IMG/VR virus record: IMGVR_UViG_3300014913_000007
Location: 1 to 64,000 of that record
Direction: 5' to 3' (one strand)
Origin: a virus
DNA: 64,000 nt
Shown here: positions 26,419-35,945 of the stretch, piece by piece
Numbering within the stretch: the stretch's first letter is position 1
Layout of the letters: every line of letters begins with the position of its first letter
The notes under the pieces: generated by a model
The model's database searches: none
What the model saw: the letters and a program-made list of their open reading frames with translations, nothing else
What the model was told of the DNA's origin: nothing
Program-made: the position numbers and the translations under genes

Positions 26419-26671
26419 TAAGCTGTTCTCCTATTTAATTCTATTCTTATATTTCCCAACTTGATTCATTTTTACTTTATATAAGTATGTCATCTATCTA
26501 AATATACCAGAGTATAGTACCATAGTCAATTAATCTAAAATAAACTTTTGTACTATAGTTATAGTAGTCAATTAACATACAATCAAGGAGTTGTAATATG
26601 CATATTGCTTATCTTTTAAATATTGCACTAGATGTCTTACTTATAGTTTTACCTACATACTTGCTTTTGTT

Positions 26672-26893
26672 TTAGAGCATTCTAGTAATAAACCATCCCT
26701 TCCCATATGCATCGGTGCCAACTAAACTTACTAAAGTATCCACATCTTCTTTAGTATATGGGATCATGTCACTATCTACTTCAACTTCCCTACGTTGGAA
26801 AAACATGTAATTACTTCCTTGGGTCAAATTACTACTACTAAGATCTAATGACTTTCTCTTATAAGCTTCAAAAACCTTTTTAGATACCTTCAT
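26672..26893 (-). CDS. small paralogue family member
   Basis: LTQGSNYMFF...AYGKGWFI. Confidence 0.7.
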   Translation of the reverse strand: MKVSKKVFEAYKRKSLDLSSSNLTQGSNYMFFQRREVEVDSDMIPYTKEDVDTLVSLVGTDAYGKGWFITRML

Positions 26894-27111
26894 AGGTACT
26901 CCAAACAGAACCACTGAATATTTGTAGATTCAACTCTAAATAACTTAAGCACTTTATTACCTAACATTGTTTTACAAAAATACTCGTATTTCCCAATCTT
27001 ATAGTTTTTAGTTTTATACAGGAGTAAGTAGTTTCTATACTTTTGTATAGTTTGTTCGGCTAGTCCTACTTGGGAATAATGTATGAAAGTTTCTTTAGAT
27101 ACCTCTGTCAT
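26890..27111 (-). CDS. small paralogue family member
   Basis: YRNYLLL...IQWFC. Confidence 0.7.
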   Translation of the reverse strand: MTEVSKETFIHYSQVGLAEQTIQKYRNYLLLYKTKNYKIGKYEYFCKTMLGNKVLKLFRVESTNIQWFCLEYL

Positions 27112-27112
27112 T

Positions 27113-27373
27113 TTACTTTGGTTCTAAAACTATAGTTGTAATTTCATTAGAGATAGTTGTAACTTTATTAAAAGATCCTTCGGATAAATTGGTTGTTACT
27201 TTAATATTTCTAGGATCATTTGGATTCTTCTTAATCTCAATTTTTGGTAAAATAGTTATAGATATTCTAGCAGTACCAGTACTAGTCTTTCCTACTCTTC
27301 CATCTTCAGCAGCTCCATCCTGAGCAGTTGATAGAAATAAAATCAATATGAGTAGTGATAGGTATCTTAGCAT
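27113..27373 (-). CDS. secreted/periplasmic small protein
   Basis: N-terminal signal-peptide-like segment. Confidence 0.6.
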   Translation of the reverse strand: MLRYLSLLILILFLSTAQDGAAEDGRVGKTSTGTARISITILPKIEIKKNPNDPRNIKVTTNLSEGSFNKVTTISNEITTIVLEPK

Positions 27374-27675
27374 TAATTATCCTTCTCTAGGTTAAATAAC
27401 ATATCTTCAGGTTTAATTCCACAAGCCAGTAAATCTGATGCTTGTACTGGAAATGGTTCTTGTGCTGCCTCTCCATTCTTAAGTCTAATTAATCTCATAC
27501 AAACAGGATGCCATGTGTCCCTAAACTGCTTTCTTATAGCCTTACGTTCCTGTCTACCATACCTTTTAGGTAATCTACTTAGTATAGTGTATCCGGTTAT
27601 TCTTGGATTAGTAGGTGTGTCTTCCCATTGACTATACTTAGCCACAATTTTTTTAATATTTCTCTTACCTATCAT
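27373..27675 (-). CDS. hypothetical phage protein
   Basis: operon packing. Confidence 0.65.
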   Translation of the reverse strand: MIGKRNIKKIVAKYSQWEDTPTNPRITGYTILSRLPKRYGRQERKAIRKQFRDTWHPVCMRLIRLKNGEAAQEPFPVQASDLLACGIKPEDMLFNLEKDN

Positions 27676-27979
27676 TTAAAAACTCCGTGAAATACTCATC
27701 TTCTAATAAATCTGTTCTATCCATACCCATACCCTGTAAAATAGTCTCATCAGCACACTTTAAACACGTATAACAACTAACTGGACTACCATCTAAAAAG
27801 CACGACTCATAGATTGCTTTGGATCCTTTCAGTATGTTCAGTCCTTTTTCCTTACATATACAACATTCCTGATCTTTCCTAGTTTTAACTAACCTTAATT
27901 TATAGTGTAATTCATATTCACTAGGCTCAAATACTCCGCGATCTAAGTAAAAACTATCTTTAAAAAGTTGCTTATACAT
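27665..27979 (-). CDS. Cys-rich Zn-binding protein
   Basis: CCIC and CYTCLKC. Confidence 0.7.
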   Translation of the reverse strand: MYKQLFKDSFYLDRGVFEPSEYELHYKLRLVKTRKDQECCICKEKGLNILKGSKAIYESCFLDGSPVSCYTCLKCADETILQGMGMDRTDLLEDEYFTEFLNDR

Positions 27980-28204
27980 TTAAAAACGCTCTAGCATTAT
28001 TTTATACCTTTTGGTCCCGAATAATCTTTTGAATCGAATGCGAATTATAAAATGTTTTGGATACTGTGTCAGTTCGACATAGAGTGGACCTAACGACCAA
28101 TACATTTCAGTTTCTGAGATACCAAACCTGGACGAGAAAGACATATGACCTATCTCAGGGTAGTCGTTGTTACCACAATTATCTTCACTTAATATTATAC
28201 TCAT
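27980..28204 (-). CDS. hypothetical protein, leaderless
   Basis: extended -10 TGTTATACT 7 nt before ATG. Confidence 0.6.
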   Translation of the reverse strand: MSIILSEDNCGNNDYPEIGHMSFSSRFGISETEMYWSLGPLYVELTQYPKHFIIRIRFKRLFGTKRYKIMLERF

Positions 28205-28326
28205 ATGAACTAGTATAACACATTAAGGTAGAATAGTGCAATCTCAAAATTACTCTTTTGACTGAGACATGCAGAAATGTTATAATATATTTAAGTGAAC
28301 TTTAGTAATAAAATAGTGATATCGAA

Positions 28327-28584
28327 ATGTTGAGAGATGTAATTGGTTGGTCTGGATTGGTTATTCTATTAGTCTGTAATATTCCACAGGTGATCACCTC
28401 AATAAAAACCAATAGTTTCGAGGGGTTGTCAATCTTGTCAGCCATATTAAAACTAGTTGGATTTATCTTATTATTAACTTATATTCTGATGGATTCAAAC
28501 TCCCAAATGCCCTTAGCACTTAACTACTTTTTGAACTCATTTGCTGTAGCCTGGATCATATATCTCTATTATAAAAAGAAATAG
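28327..28584 (+). CDS. PQ-loop / SemiSWEET-like membrane protein
   Basis: IGW.G....IPQ...K....GLS, 3 TM. Confidence 0.8.
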   Translation: MLRDVIGWSGLVILLVCNIPQVITSIKTNSFEGLSILSAILKLVGFILLLTYILMDSNSQMPLALNYFLNSFAVAWIIYLYYKKK

Positions 28585-28643
28585 CTAAAGCTTATGGCCA
28601 GTTTTGTCGATATACTAATTAGTAAACAGTTTATGGAGATACT

Positions 28644-28856
28644 ATGAAATTAAGTGAACTATTTTCTAAACATAATACTAACCCGTTCCTAAAAGCAAAA
28701 CTTAAAATACATGTTACCTTAGATAATGGAGAAGCTCTGAGAAAGGGCTGTATTAGCGACTTATTGATAGATAAGGGTGATGGTACTTACCACTTTGAAA
28801 GAAACAATGTAGCCTGTACAGTGAACGCAGATGAGATAAAACTAATAGATGCCTAG
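28644..28856 (+). CDS. hypothetical phage protein
   Basis: promoter TAAAGCTT-N12-GTCGATAT at 28586-28613. Confidence 0.7.
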   Translation: MKLSELFSKHNTNPFLKAKLKIHVTLDNGEALRKGCISDLLIDKGDGTYHFERNNVACTVNADEIKLIDA

Positions 28857-29127
28857 CTTATATTATGTAAAAGAGCAAATAGAGATTGATGAGCACGTTT
28901 TTGACGAGTGGATGGAGTTTTCAGGTGTAGAGGAATTACTTAACTTCTCTGGTAGCTTCGCAGTGTTTATTCATCAAGAAAGAGAGTTAATGGCTGGATC
29001 AGGAGCGCAAGCAATTTGGGAAGAAGAAGCTTATCTCATATTGGAGTGTGCTACCAAGGAGAGAGTAGATTTAAATATTGTTGACATGTTCCAGTATCTA
29101 GACTGCTTCCTAGTAAGGAGAGTTTAA
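28849..29127 (+). CDS. hypothetical phage protein
   Basis: coupled ORF. Confidence 0.65.
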   Translation: MPSLYYVKEQIEIDEHVFDEWMEFSGVEELLNFSGSFAVFIHQERELMAGSGAQAIWEEEAYLILECATKERVDLNIVDMFQYLDCFLVRRV

Positions 29128-29128
29128 C

Positions 29129-29530
29129 TTACCAGGTATCTTTTACTTCCTCTATAGTGTAGTTAATAAATAAGTCAGAGTATTTGGATATATCATACGT
29201 CTTCTTTTTTACCTTTCTAAATATTATTCTATAACACTCCCTAACTTCTTCCTCTTTCATTCTATTTTCTACCTCAGTAGTATAAGCTAAAAAGTATTGG
29301 AGGTATTCATCATTGATATCGAACTCACAATCAGCTACAGGGTTTTTAATGAGTATGCTAGAAAGACCTACTTCCCTCGCAAATGCATTAACCATTCTTC
29401 TTAGTATGTTGATTAAATGCTCAGTCCTTATGTCATTTAAACATAATTGATTTCCATGATGATCCTCATGAATTATCTCATTTTTATCTACAAATTCTAT
29501 CTTATCTACCACTTGTATACTCTCTTCCAT
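29129..29530 (-). CDS. hypothetical phage protein
   Basis: DI.TEHL.NI.R motif. Confidence 0.7.
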   Translation of the reverse strand: MEESIQVVDKIEFVDKNEIIHEDHHGNQLCLNDIRTEHLINILRRMVNAFAREVGLSSILIKNPVADCEFDINDEYLQYFLAYTTEVENRMKEEEVRECYRIIFRKVKKKTYDISKYSDLFINYTIEEVKDTW

Positions 29531-30088
29531 TATCCATTATATGTTTCCTATACTACTGGAACGATAAAATATTGTTTATCGTTTTCCACTTCAGAAACTG
29601 TTCCAACTATATCCCTAGCACTCAGATCTGTTACTATACACAACTTAAACTCACCTTTTAGGCTCCTAGACACAAAAAGTTGCTCTTCAAATAGCAAGTA
29701 GTTCCCTCCCGCTTCATAACATCTTCAGGGATGAACTCTATACTTCTTTCCTTCCAGTCTGCAAACTCCTTGGAAGTTATTAGTCCATAGCCCTTCTCTT
29801 CGAGCTTCAGCTCCTCTACTAGATCATATACCTTCTTAGCAGGTATCTTAATTTCCTCTGCTAGATCCTGGTAGTGTCTTTGTTTCATCGTTGTAGTCAT
29901 GTCATAGTTCCTTATCAATCTTTGGGCTTAATGTCTAAAGATGCCAGAAATATTAATAAAATACCTCCAATCCCATAATACCAAGCTGCTGCAATAGTAA
30001 GTGTTATTAAGTATATAGCTTTAAAAGGTCTAATTACTAGTGTTAATTTATTCATGATAACTTTCTCCATTTTTAAGTCTCATATTAT

Positions 30089-30165
30089 ATATCGTCATAT
30101 TTTCAGAAAACTTTAGTAGAAAAATAATTAAATACTTCTAAAGTTTTTTAATAACCAGCCGATAA
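30089..30165. promoter_or_regulatory. divergent pair of sigma28-type promoters
   Basis: minus 30089-30115; plus TAAAGTTT-N11-GCCGATAA at 30139-30165, an exact FliA consensus. Confidence 0.85.
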
Positions 30166-30172
30166 TACTCTT

Positions 30173-30562
30173 ATGGTTTGGGACTATTTAGATGAAACAA
30201 GAGAACAAAAAAGAAAGTTAATTGCCCTCTATAGAGAGCTTAACACTGACTGTGTAGCTTTTAATGATATACTGTTTGACTTCAAACATCAGTATATAAT
30301 AGCCTATGTACTTGATTCTGCAGTAAATACTCAAACAGTGCGGATAATTCAGTCAGCTGCCAAAAGTGACCTACCAATTCTTTATACTAAAAAGGCTCAA
30401 CTAAAACATACAGGTAAAGTCTTTCTAGCAAAAGCAACCCTAAGAACAGCCACACATCGTGGAGATCATTCAATTATTGATTTCGAAATGGGAGGCATTA
30501 GTATGATAAAGGTAAGTGACTATAATTATGGTAAAAGTTGGAGAGTGTATAGAGCAGTATAA
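30173..30562 (+). CDS. paralogue family member, leaderless
   Basis: NYGKSWRV C-terminus; ATG 7 nt after -10. Confidence 0.75.
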   Translation: MVWDYLDETREQKRKLIALYRELNTDCVAFNDILFDFKHQYIIAYVLDSAVNTQTVRIIQSAAKSDLPILYTKKAQLKHTGKVFLAKATLRTATHRGDHSIIDFEMGGISMIKVSDYNYGKSWRVYRAV

Positions 30563-30625
30563 AAAGTAAAAAAATAGCTAAAGTTTTTAAGGAATCTTCC
30601 GATAAATTATACAGGAGATAAAACT

Positions 30626-30928
30626 ATGAAAGAAGTATTTACAGTAGAATTGCAAGAGACTATAAATTGCACAGAGGACTGTCGTAATGGTTGCTCATCT
30701 GAAAACCATTATACTGTGGATTGGGTTGAAAATCAATTAAGTTCATACAACATTGAACTAGAGACGGATGATGAAGGAAGAATCTTAAATACTCCTGAAG
30801 AGATTAAAACCAGGATAGAAGAGAAGCAAGAAGGTCTTAGTGAGTATTATGAGGTGGAACTATCCGAGGACGGCTTCTGTGGAGATTTAAAAAATGGAAA
30901 CACTATAATAGGATCAATTTTATATTAA
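30626..30928 (+). CDS. acidic hypothetical protein
   Basis: promoter at 30579-30605; AGGAG SD. Confidence 0.75.
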   Translation: MKEVFTVELQETINCTEDCRNGCSSENHYTVDWVENQLSSYNIELETDDEGRILNTPEEIKTRIEEKQEGLSEYYEVELSEDGFCGDLKNGNTIIGSILY

Positions 30929-30941
30929 ACAGGACAGACTT

Positions 30942-32162
30942 ATGACCGCTATACTTGAATGTGTTGTAGAAAACATTATGGGAATTGATAATGTAAACCT
31001 AGACCTAAACGGTCAGAACCTAACTATAGGTGGAAAGAATGGAGAAGGTAAGACAGGATTACTATCTGCAATACTTATGGCTCTAGGTGGTGGTAAGTTT
31101 ATTCCAGAAGATCCAGTTAAGCACGGAGCAGAGAAGGGTACAGTAACCCTGAAGACAGATGAATTCCTAGTAACTCTTAATGTAAAAACAGATAGAAGTG
31201 CAGATCTTGTAGTGAGGTCTCTAGATGGTGAGAAACTTAAGTCTCCTCAGTCTATCTTAAATGCTGCCTTCGGTAAGCTAGCTTTTGAGCCTGGAATCTT
31301 TATTACTTCTAGTGAGGAGAAGAAGATTGAACTTTTAGCTGAGTATCTTGACATTGATATTAAAAGCTACGAAAATAACGAAGCGAATCTATATCAAAAA
31401 AGGAGAGATTTAGGTAGAGACCTAGACAAGCAGAAAAAAGTCTTTGAAAGTCTAACAGAGTTTAAGAATGTACCTGAAAAAGTTATATCAGTAACTAAAC
31501 TATCTCAAGAACTTAAAGCTAATCAAGAATTTAATTCAAATATTGATTCTAAGTTGGCACAGTTAAAGGTTAAACAAACTGATAGAAAAAACACCTTAAA
31601 ACAGTTAGAAGAACTGCAAGTAAAGCTGGAGAAGGAAGAAAAAGAAATTAAAAAACTAAAGAAGTTTACTGTGGTTGAGAAGAGACCAGTGGATGCTTTA
31701 GTTGAGCAGATAGCAAACGCAGAGGAGATCAACTCTCAAGTTAATGCTAACACTATTAAAGCTGATGCTCAAGTCGCACTGGACAAGGTAACTAAGCAAC
31801 ATAAGAAAGCAGATGGAGATTTGGAGAAAGCAAGGAAAGAGTATAAAAAGGTACTAGATGAAGCTAAACTACCTCTTAAAGGTCTAGTCATTGAAGATGG
31901 TAAGGTATTCTTTAATAAGGTGCCCTTCTCTCAACTTAGTGAGTCTGAACAGTGGAAGATCTCTATGTCAATAGGTTATGGTCTTAATCCTAAAGGTATT
32001 ATGATTATGCGTAGTATGGGAGGGTTGGACTGTGATAGTAGGGAGGAGATGCGTAAACTTGCTAAGAAGTTGAAAGTTCAATTACTGTTAGAAGTAATTG
32101 ACACTCCAGATGATGTTCAAATAGTAATTAAAGAAGGAAAGGTATTCCAGGATAAAAGATAA
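30942..32162 (+). CDS. SbcC/Rad50-like ATPase with coiled coil
   Basis: GKNGEGKT, long coiled coil, LSESEQ signature-like motif. Confidence 0.75.
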   Translation: MTAILECVVENIMGIDNVNLDLNGQNLTIGGKNGEGKTGLLSAILMALGGGKFIPEDPVKHGAEKGTVTLKTDEFLVTLNVKTDRSADLVVRSLDGEKLKSPQSILNAAFGKLAFEPGIFITSSEEKKIELLAEYLDIDIKSYENNEANLYQKRRDLGRDLDKQKKVFESLTEFKNVPEKVISVTKLSQELKANQEFNSNIDSKLAQLKVKQTDRKNTLKQLEELQVKLEKEEKEIKKLKKFTVVEKRPVDALVEQIANAEEINSQVNANTIKADAQVALDKVTKQHKKADGDLEKARKEYKKVLDEAKLPLKGLVIEDGKVFFNKVPFSQLSESEQWKISMSIGYGLNPKGIMIMRSMGGLDCDSREEMRKLAKKLKVQLLLEVIDTPDDVQIVIKEGKVFQDKR

Positions 32163-32422
32163 TGAGTAGTACTAAACGAGCAATTAGAAAAGCAGTAACC
32201 TCGTGGTTTGGTATGGAAAGTCCTAATGGTACTTATTTCTTTAACCTAACTAGAGTAAAAAGCTCAGCATCTTATGGTACTATGACTTTAAAAGACTTCG
32301 AAGAAGTAACAGAAAAGCAGATTGATGAATTAACTGAAGCTATCTGGGAGGAACTTATAGCAGAAGTCAGAGGAAATGAAAGTCTAGATTTGGACCTTAA
32401 AAAATCCATGTGGCCAAAGTAA
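32162..32422 (+). CDS. hypothetical phage protein
   Basis: coupled ORF. Confidence 0.7.
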   Translation: MSSTKRAIRKAVTSWFGMESPNGTYFFNLTRVKSSASYGTMTLKDFEEVTEKQIDELTEAIWEELIAEVRGNESLDLDLKKSMWPK

Positions 32423-32438
32423 CTGGAGAACTACTTAA

Positions 32439-32693
32439 ATGTCAAGCAAGATACTAGCCAAATTTAAAGCAGAGGAAAAAGCATTTAAAAAGAAGCAACT
32501 AAAGAAGAAACAAGAACTTGTACACAATATGTATAAAGATCTACTTCCTGAGCAACAAGAATTCTTAAATAAAGTTTTTAAAGTAAATTATCCTAAATGT
32601 AAAACTAAAGATGTAGATAATGTCTTGGCATTAATGGAAAGAACTATTAAAAAAACATTGAAAAGGCTAGTCCTTTGTTGGCAAACATATTAA
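32439..32693 (+). CDS. hypothetical phage protein
   Basis: GGAG SD. Confidence 0.65.
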   Translation: MSSKILAKFKAEEKAFKKKQLKKKQELVHNMYKDLLPEQQEFLNKVFKVNYPKCKTKDVDNVLALMERTIKKTLKRLVLCWQTY

Positions 32694-32711
32694 GAAATTT
32701 TGAGGAAATAG

Positions 32712-33080
32712 ATGAAGGATAAACATACAAAGCACTTTAACCTAGCTAAAAGATTAGCTAAAAAGTCTAATCATCCTAGATATCAAATGAGCTGTGTAAT
32801 AGTGAAAGGAAACACTATAATAAGTACTGGGTATAATCAGCTCAAAACGCACCCCAAATCCCCTCACAAGTGGAACATGATACATGCTGAGTTTGCTGCC
32901 GTTTTAGGCACTCCTGCTGCCCAGTTACGAGGATCTACAGTGTATGTATACAGAGAGCTTAAGAACGGAGAATCAGCTCTAGCGAAGCCTTGTAAGTCCT
33001 GTATGAAGATGCTTTCTGATTGTGAAATTAGTAGAGTTTTTTATTCAACAGCTAATGGATACGACAGTATTGAATATTAG
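32712..33080 (+). CDS. cytidine/dCMP deaminase-family protein
   Basis: HAE and PCKSC zinc motifs. Confidence 0.85.
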   Translation: MKDKHTKHFNLAKRLAKKSNHPRYQMSCVIVKGNTIISTGYNQLKTHPKSPHKWNMIHAEFAAVLGTPAAQLRGSTVYVYRELKNGESALAKPCKSCMKMLSDCEISRVFYSTANGYDSIEY

Positions 33081-33126
33081 TTAAAATAAAGCTAAAGTTT
33101 TATTATAAAGTGACGATATTACTATT

Positions 33127-33426
33127 ATGACAGATTTTACATTTGATGCCTCATATGTCTCTGTACTTCCTGCTAGATGTAAGGATGAAGTCTCAGTAGA
33201 AGTTAGTGGTGCAGACGAAGACGAAATAATGAATCAGATTGATATAGGAAATGCAATAAATCATTACGGAGAGTCAGATATACTTGGTAAAATGGGAGCT
33301 TCTACAGTAGTCTCAGAATCTGATATAGGAGACTTGTTATCTGAAATGGAGACTGGAGACATTCTAGATTATGTAGGTATATCAGAAATAGAAGAATGGT
33401 TAAGAAATAAAGGATTACTAATTTAG
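33127..33426 (+). CDS. acidic hypothetical protein, leaderless
   Basis: promoter TAAAGTTT-N11-GACGATAT at 33093-33119. Confidence 0.75.
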   Translation: MTDFTFDASYVSVLPARCKDEVSVEVSGADEDEIMNQIDIGNAINHYGESDILGKMGASTVVSESDIGDLLSEMETGDILDYVGISEIEEWLRNKGLLI

Positions 33427-33546
33427 TATAGTAGGACAGATATGAAACCTCCAAAATAAAAGATTCAGAAGCAACTGAATTTGATTCTAACGATCAATAT
33501 CGTTCTAAATGCGAATATAATATTAAACTTATGGAAAAAGAGTAAC

Positions 33547-34434
33547 ATGTCAATACAAAGCCTATCCATAGTAGTTCCTAATAAGAAATGTATTAATAAA
33601 TGTAAGTTCTGTGTATCTAGAATGCATGATGCAGATGAATATGAGAATATGATTACAGGCAGGAATTTATACTTTGACCGATATATGAGTGATTTCATAC
33701 AACGATTGGAATATGCTAGAGATAATGGATGTCAGACTGTAATCCTTACCGGAGATACTGAGCCTCAACAGAACTGGGAGTTCTTAAAACTGTTTGCTAT
33801 CTTTAATAAGATGTCTAAGAATCCTTTCAAGCAGGTGGAGATGCAAACCTCTGGGACTCTCCTAGATGATGGCTATTTGTACTTCTTAAGACACCATGTA
33901 GGAGTTACTACTATAGCTCTATCTACTGCTAATGTATTCAACCAAGAAAAGAACTTTGAAATACAGCAAACCCCTGAGAAATATCAATTTGATGTTGACT
34001 ATCTTTGTAGCAGAATAAAAACCTATAGATTTACCTTAAGAATCTGTTTGAACATGACTAACACGTATCAAACTAAAGCTGGATATCCACACCCTGAAGA
34101 TTATTTTAATAAAGTCGAAGAGCTAGGTGGAAACCAGATCACTTTTAGAAAGATGTATACTTCTGGCAATGACACTAATCAAGATCATTGGATTGATAGT
34201 CATCAGTTCGAGGAGGGATTTTTTAAAGAGATAGCAACTTTTATTAAAACTGGGGGTAGTTTACTTAGAGTACTAGATTATGGTCAGCTGTGTTACTCGG
34301 TAAAGGGGATGTCTACTGTAGTAGACGATGATTGTATGTCTCAGATACCAAAAAAAGATTTAAAGTATCTTATTTTAAGACCTGATTGTAAATTATACTC
34401 TCAGTGGGATGATAAGGGAAGTTTAATATTTTAA
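33547..34434 (+). CDS. radical SAM protein
   Basis: CINKCKFC motif; start reassigned to ATG 33547. Confidence 0.85.
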   Translation: MSIQSLSIVVPNKKCINKCKFCVSRMHDADEYENMITGRNLYFDRYMSDFIQRLEYARDNGCQTVILTGDTEPQQNWEFLKLFAIFNKMSKNPFKQVEMQTSGTLLDDGYLYFLRHHVGVTTIALSTANVFNQEKNFEIQQTPEKYQFDVDYLCSRIKTYRFTLRICLNMTNTYQTKAGYPHPEDYFNKVEELGGNQITFRKMYTSGNDTNQDHWIDSHQFEEGFFKEIATFIKTGGSLLRVLDYGQLCYSVKGMSTVVDDDCMSQIPKKDLKYLILRPDCKLYSQWDDKGSLIF

Positions 34435-34795
34435 AGGAATGTTATGAATATAAAATTAAAAATAACTAGAGCTGCTGCTATAGCTAAAATAGTAACTATG
34501 GTTGTAAAATCTAAAGATAGCTTTATAGAAAACTTATTGGCTTATATTTTTAGAGATACTTCCTATACTTTTAACATAGTTATTAGGGAGCGTGATAATG
34601 AAACTCTAAAGGAGTTAGAATAGTGGTAAAAAGGTATACTGAAGAATTGAAAGAACTGCTTATTGCTATGATATTGGGTAATATCTCTATCTGGATATCT
34701 CATGACCTATCAGGGTTTGAATGGTTACGTGCAAACTATCGGTATACCTGTAGTTATACTTTATCTTATTATTCAATGTAAAGCAAAGAGGTACA

Positions 34796-35047
34796 ATGGT
34801 ATTTAAAAAAGAAGATTTCTATCCCTGTGAGATATGTGGTAGAAAAACACATAATAATTTAGTTATGGACATTCCTTGCTCAATATGTGACGATAATACG
34901 GTTGAGTGCTGTATTTATTGTGTGAATAGTAATCATCCATTACTGGAGGCATGTTATGTATGTGAACAAATGGCAGACGATTTACTATACCAGGAACAGT
35001 TGGAGAAACTGGAAGCAGCAAAAAAGAAAAGAAGGAAAAAGAAATGA
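34796..35047 (+). CDS. Cys-rich Zn-finger protein
   Basis: four CxxC pairs. Confidence 0.7.
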   Translation: MVFKKEDFYPCEICGRKTHNNLVMDIPCSICDDNTVECCIYCVNSNHPLLEACYVCEQMADDLLYQEQLEKLEAAKKKRRKKK

Positions 35048-35056
35048 GTGCTATCT

Positions 35057-35842
35057 TTAAGTAGTCTTATTTAATCTCCACTTACGGGTTTTTATTGAGG
35101 AGCTAGTCCTTGTTAATTTCTTCTCTAATTCGGCTATGGTTAGTTCTTCAGACAAAATTAAGAGGTCTTCCCAACCTTCCCACGTTTTACAAGAGTATAG
35201 TCTTCTATTTGCAGTTCTTTTCCAATTTTTAAGCTTTAGGTATGCGTTATGCTTACGATCTAAACAAGTACAACAGTTTGCATATAGTAGCTCAGAAAAT
35301 TTAACAGCTGCTTCATCGTATATACAGATGTTGTAAGCGTCATCTCTAACATTCCTGGATATGTTTAACTCTATTCCTATAACATCTATTAGAGTACCTA
35401 CTAAGTACTCCTTTAATCTTTCTGACTTGGTACATAGGGACATAAAGGCCCTGTTATTAGAAGTTATTCCTAAGGAACCATCTCCATCATATATCCCTCT
35501 AAGATAGTCTGGTTGAAACTTTACTACAGGTGGAGTAATTGTCTCACTTTTTCTGCCTACTGGTATAAATGGAGTAAAATACTTCTTTAAAAAGTCTTTT
35601 GTATTAATATTAATTGCTACACTTTTGTAATCTTTTTTAAAGTTTGTATCTCTAGTTCTATAGTACTTGGTAACATGTACAATAGGACTCAGGATTTCTT
35701 CTATTTTATTTATAACATCTAAATCTCTAATAGATATCTCTAGGGATAGCTTATATTTATCTTTATCCTTAAACTTATAAAGACTTCCATCAGTTTGAAA
35801 TAAACCCAGTAAGTACAGATGGTTATTATCTAATAGTCTCAT
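35057..35842 (-). CDS. free-standing LAGLIDADG homing endonuclease with C-terminal HTH
   Basis: YLLGLFQTDGS and YLRGIYDGDGS motifs. Confidence 0.85.
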   Translation of the reverse strand: MRLLDNNHLYLLGLFQTDGSLYKFKDKDKYKLSLEISIRDLDVINKIEEILSPIVHVTKYYRTRDTNFKKDYKSVAININTKDFLKKYFTPFIPVGRKSETITPPVVKFQPDYLRGIYDGDGSLGITSNNRAFMSLCTKSERLKEYLVGTLIDVIGIELNISRNVRDDAYNICIYDEAAVKFSELLYANCCTCLDRKHNAYLKLKNWKRTANRRLYSCKTWEGWEDLLILSEELTIAELEKKLTRTSSSIKTRKWRLNKTT

Positions 35843-35887
35843 AATAGTAAATATTATAGCAAATTTAAACATTTTTGTTAAATTTAC

Positions 35888-35915
35888 TAAAGTTTTGTGA
35901 TATACTGGTCGATAC
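35888..35915 (+). promoter_or_regulatory. sigma28-type promoter of rtcB
   Basis: TAAAGTTT-N12-GTCGATAC. Confidence 0.7.
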
Positions 35916-35945
35916 TAACTATAGGATTTAAAATTAGAGAATAGT

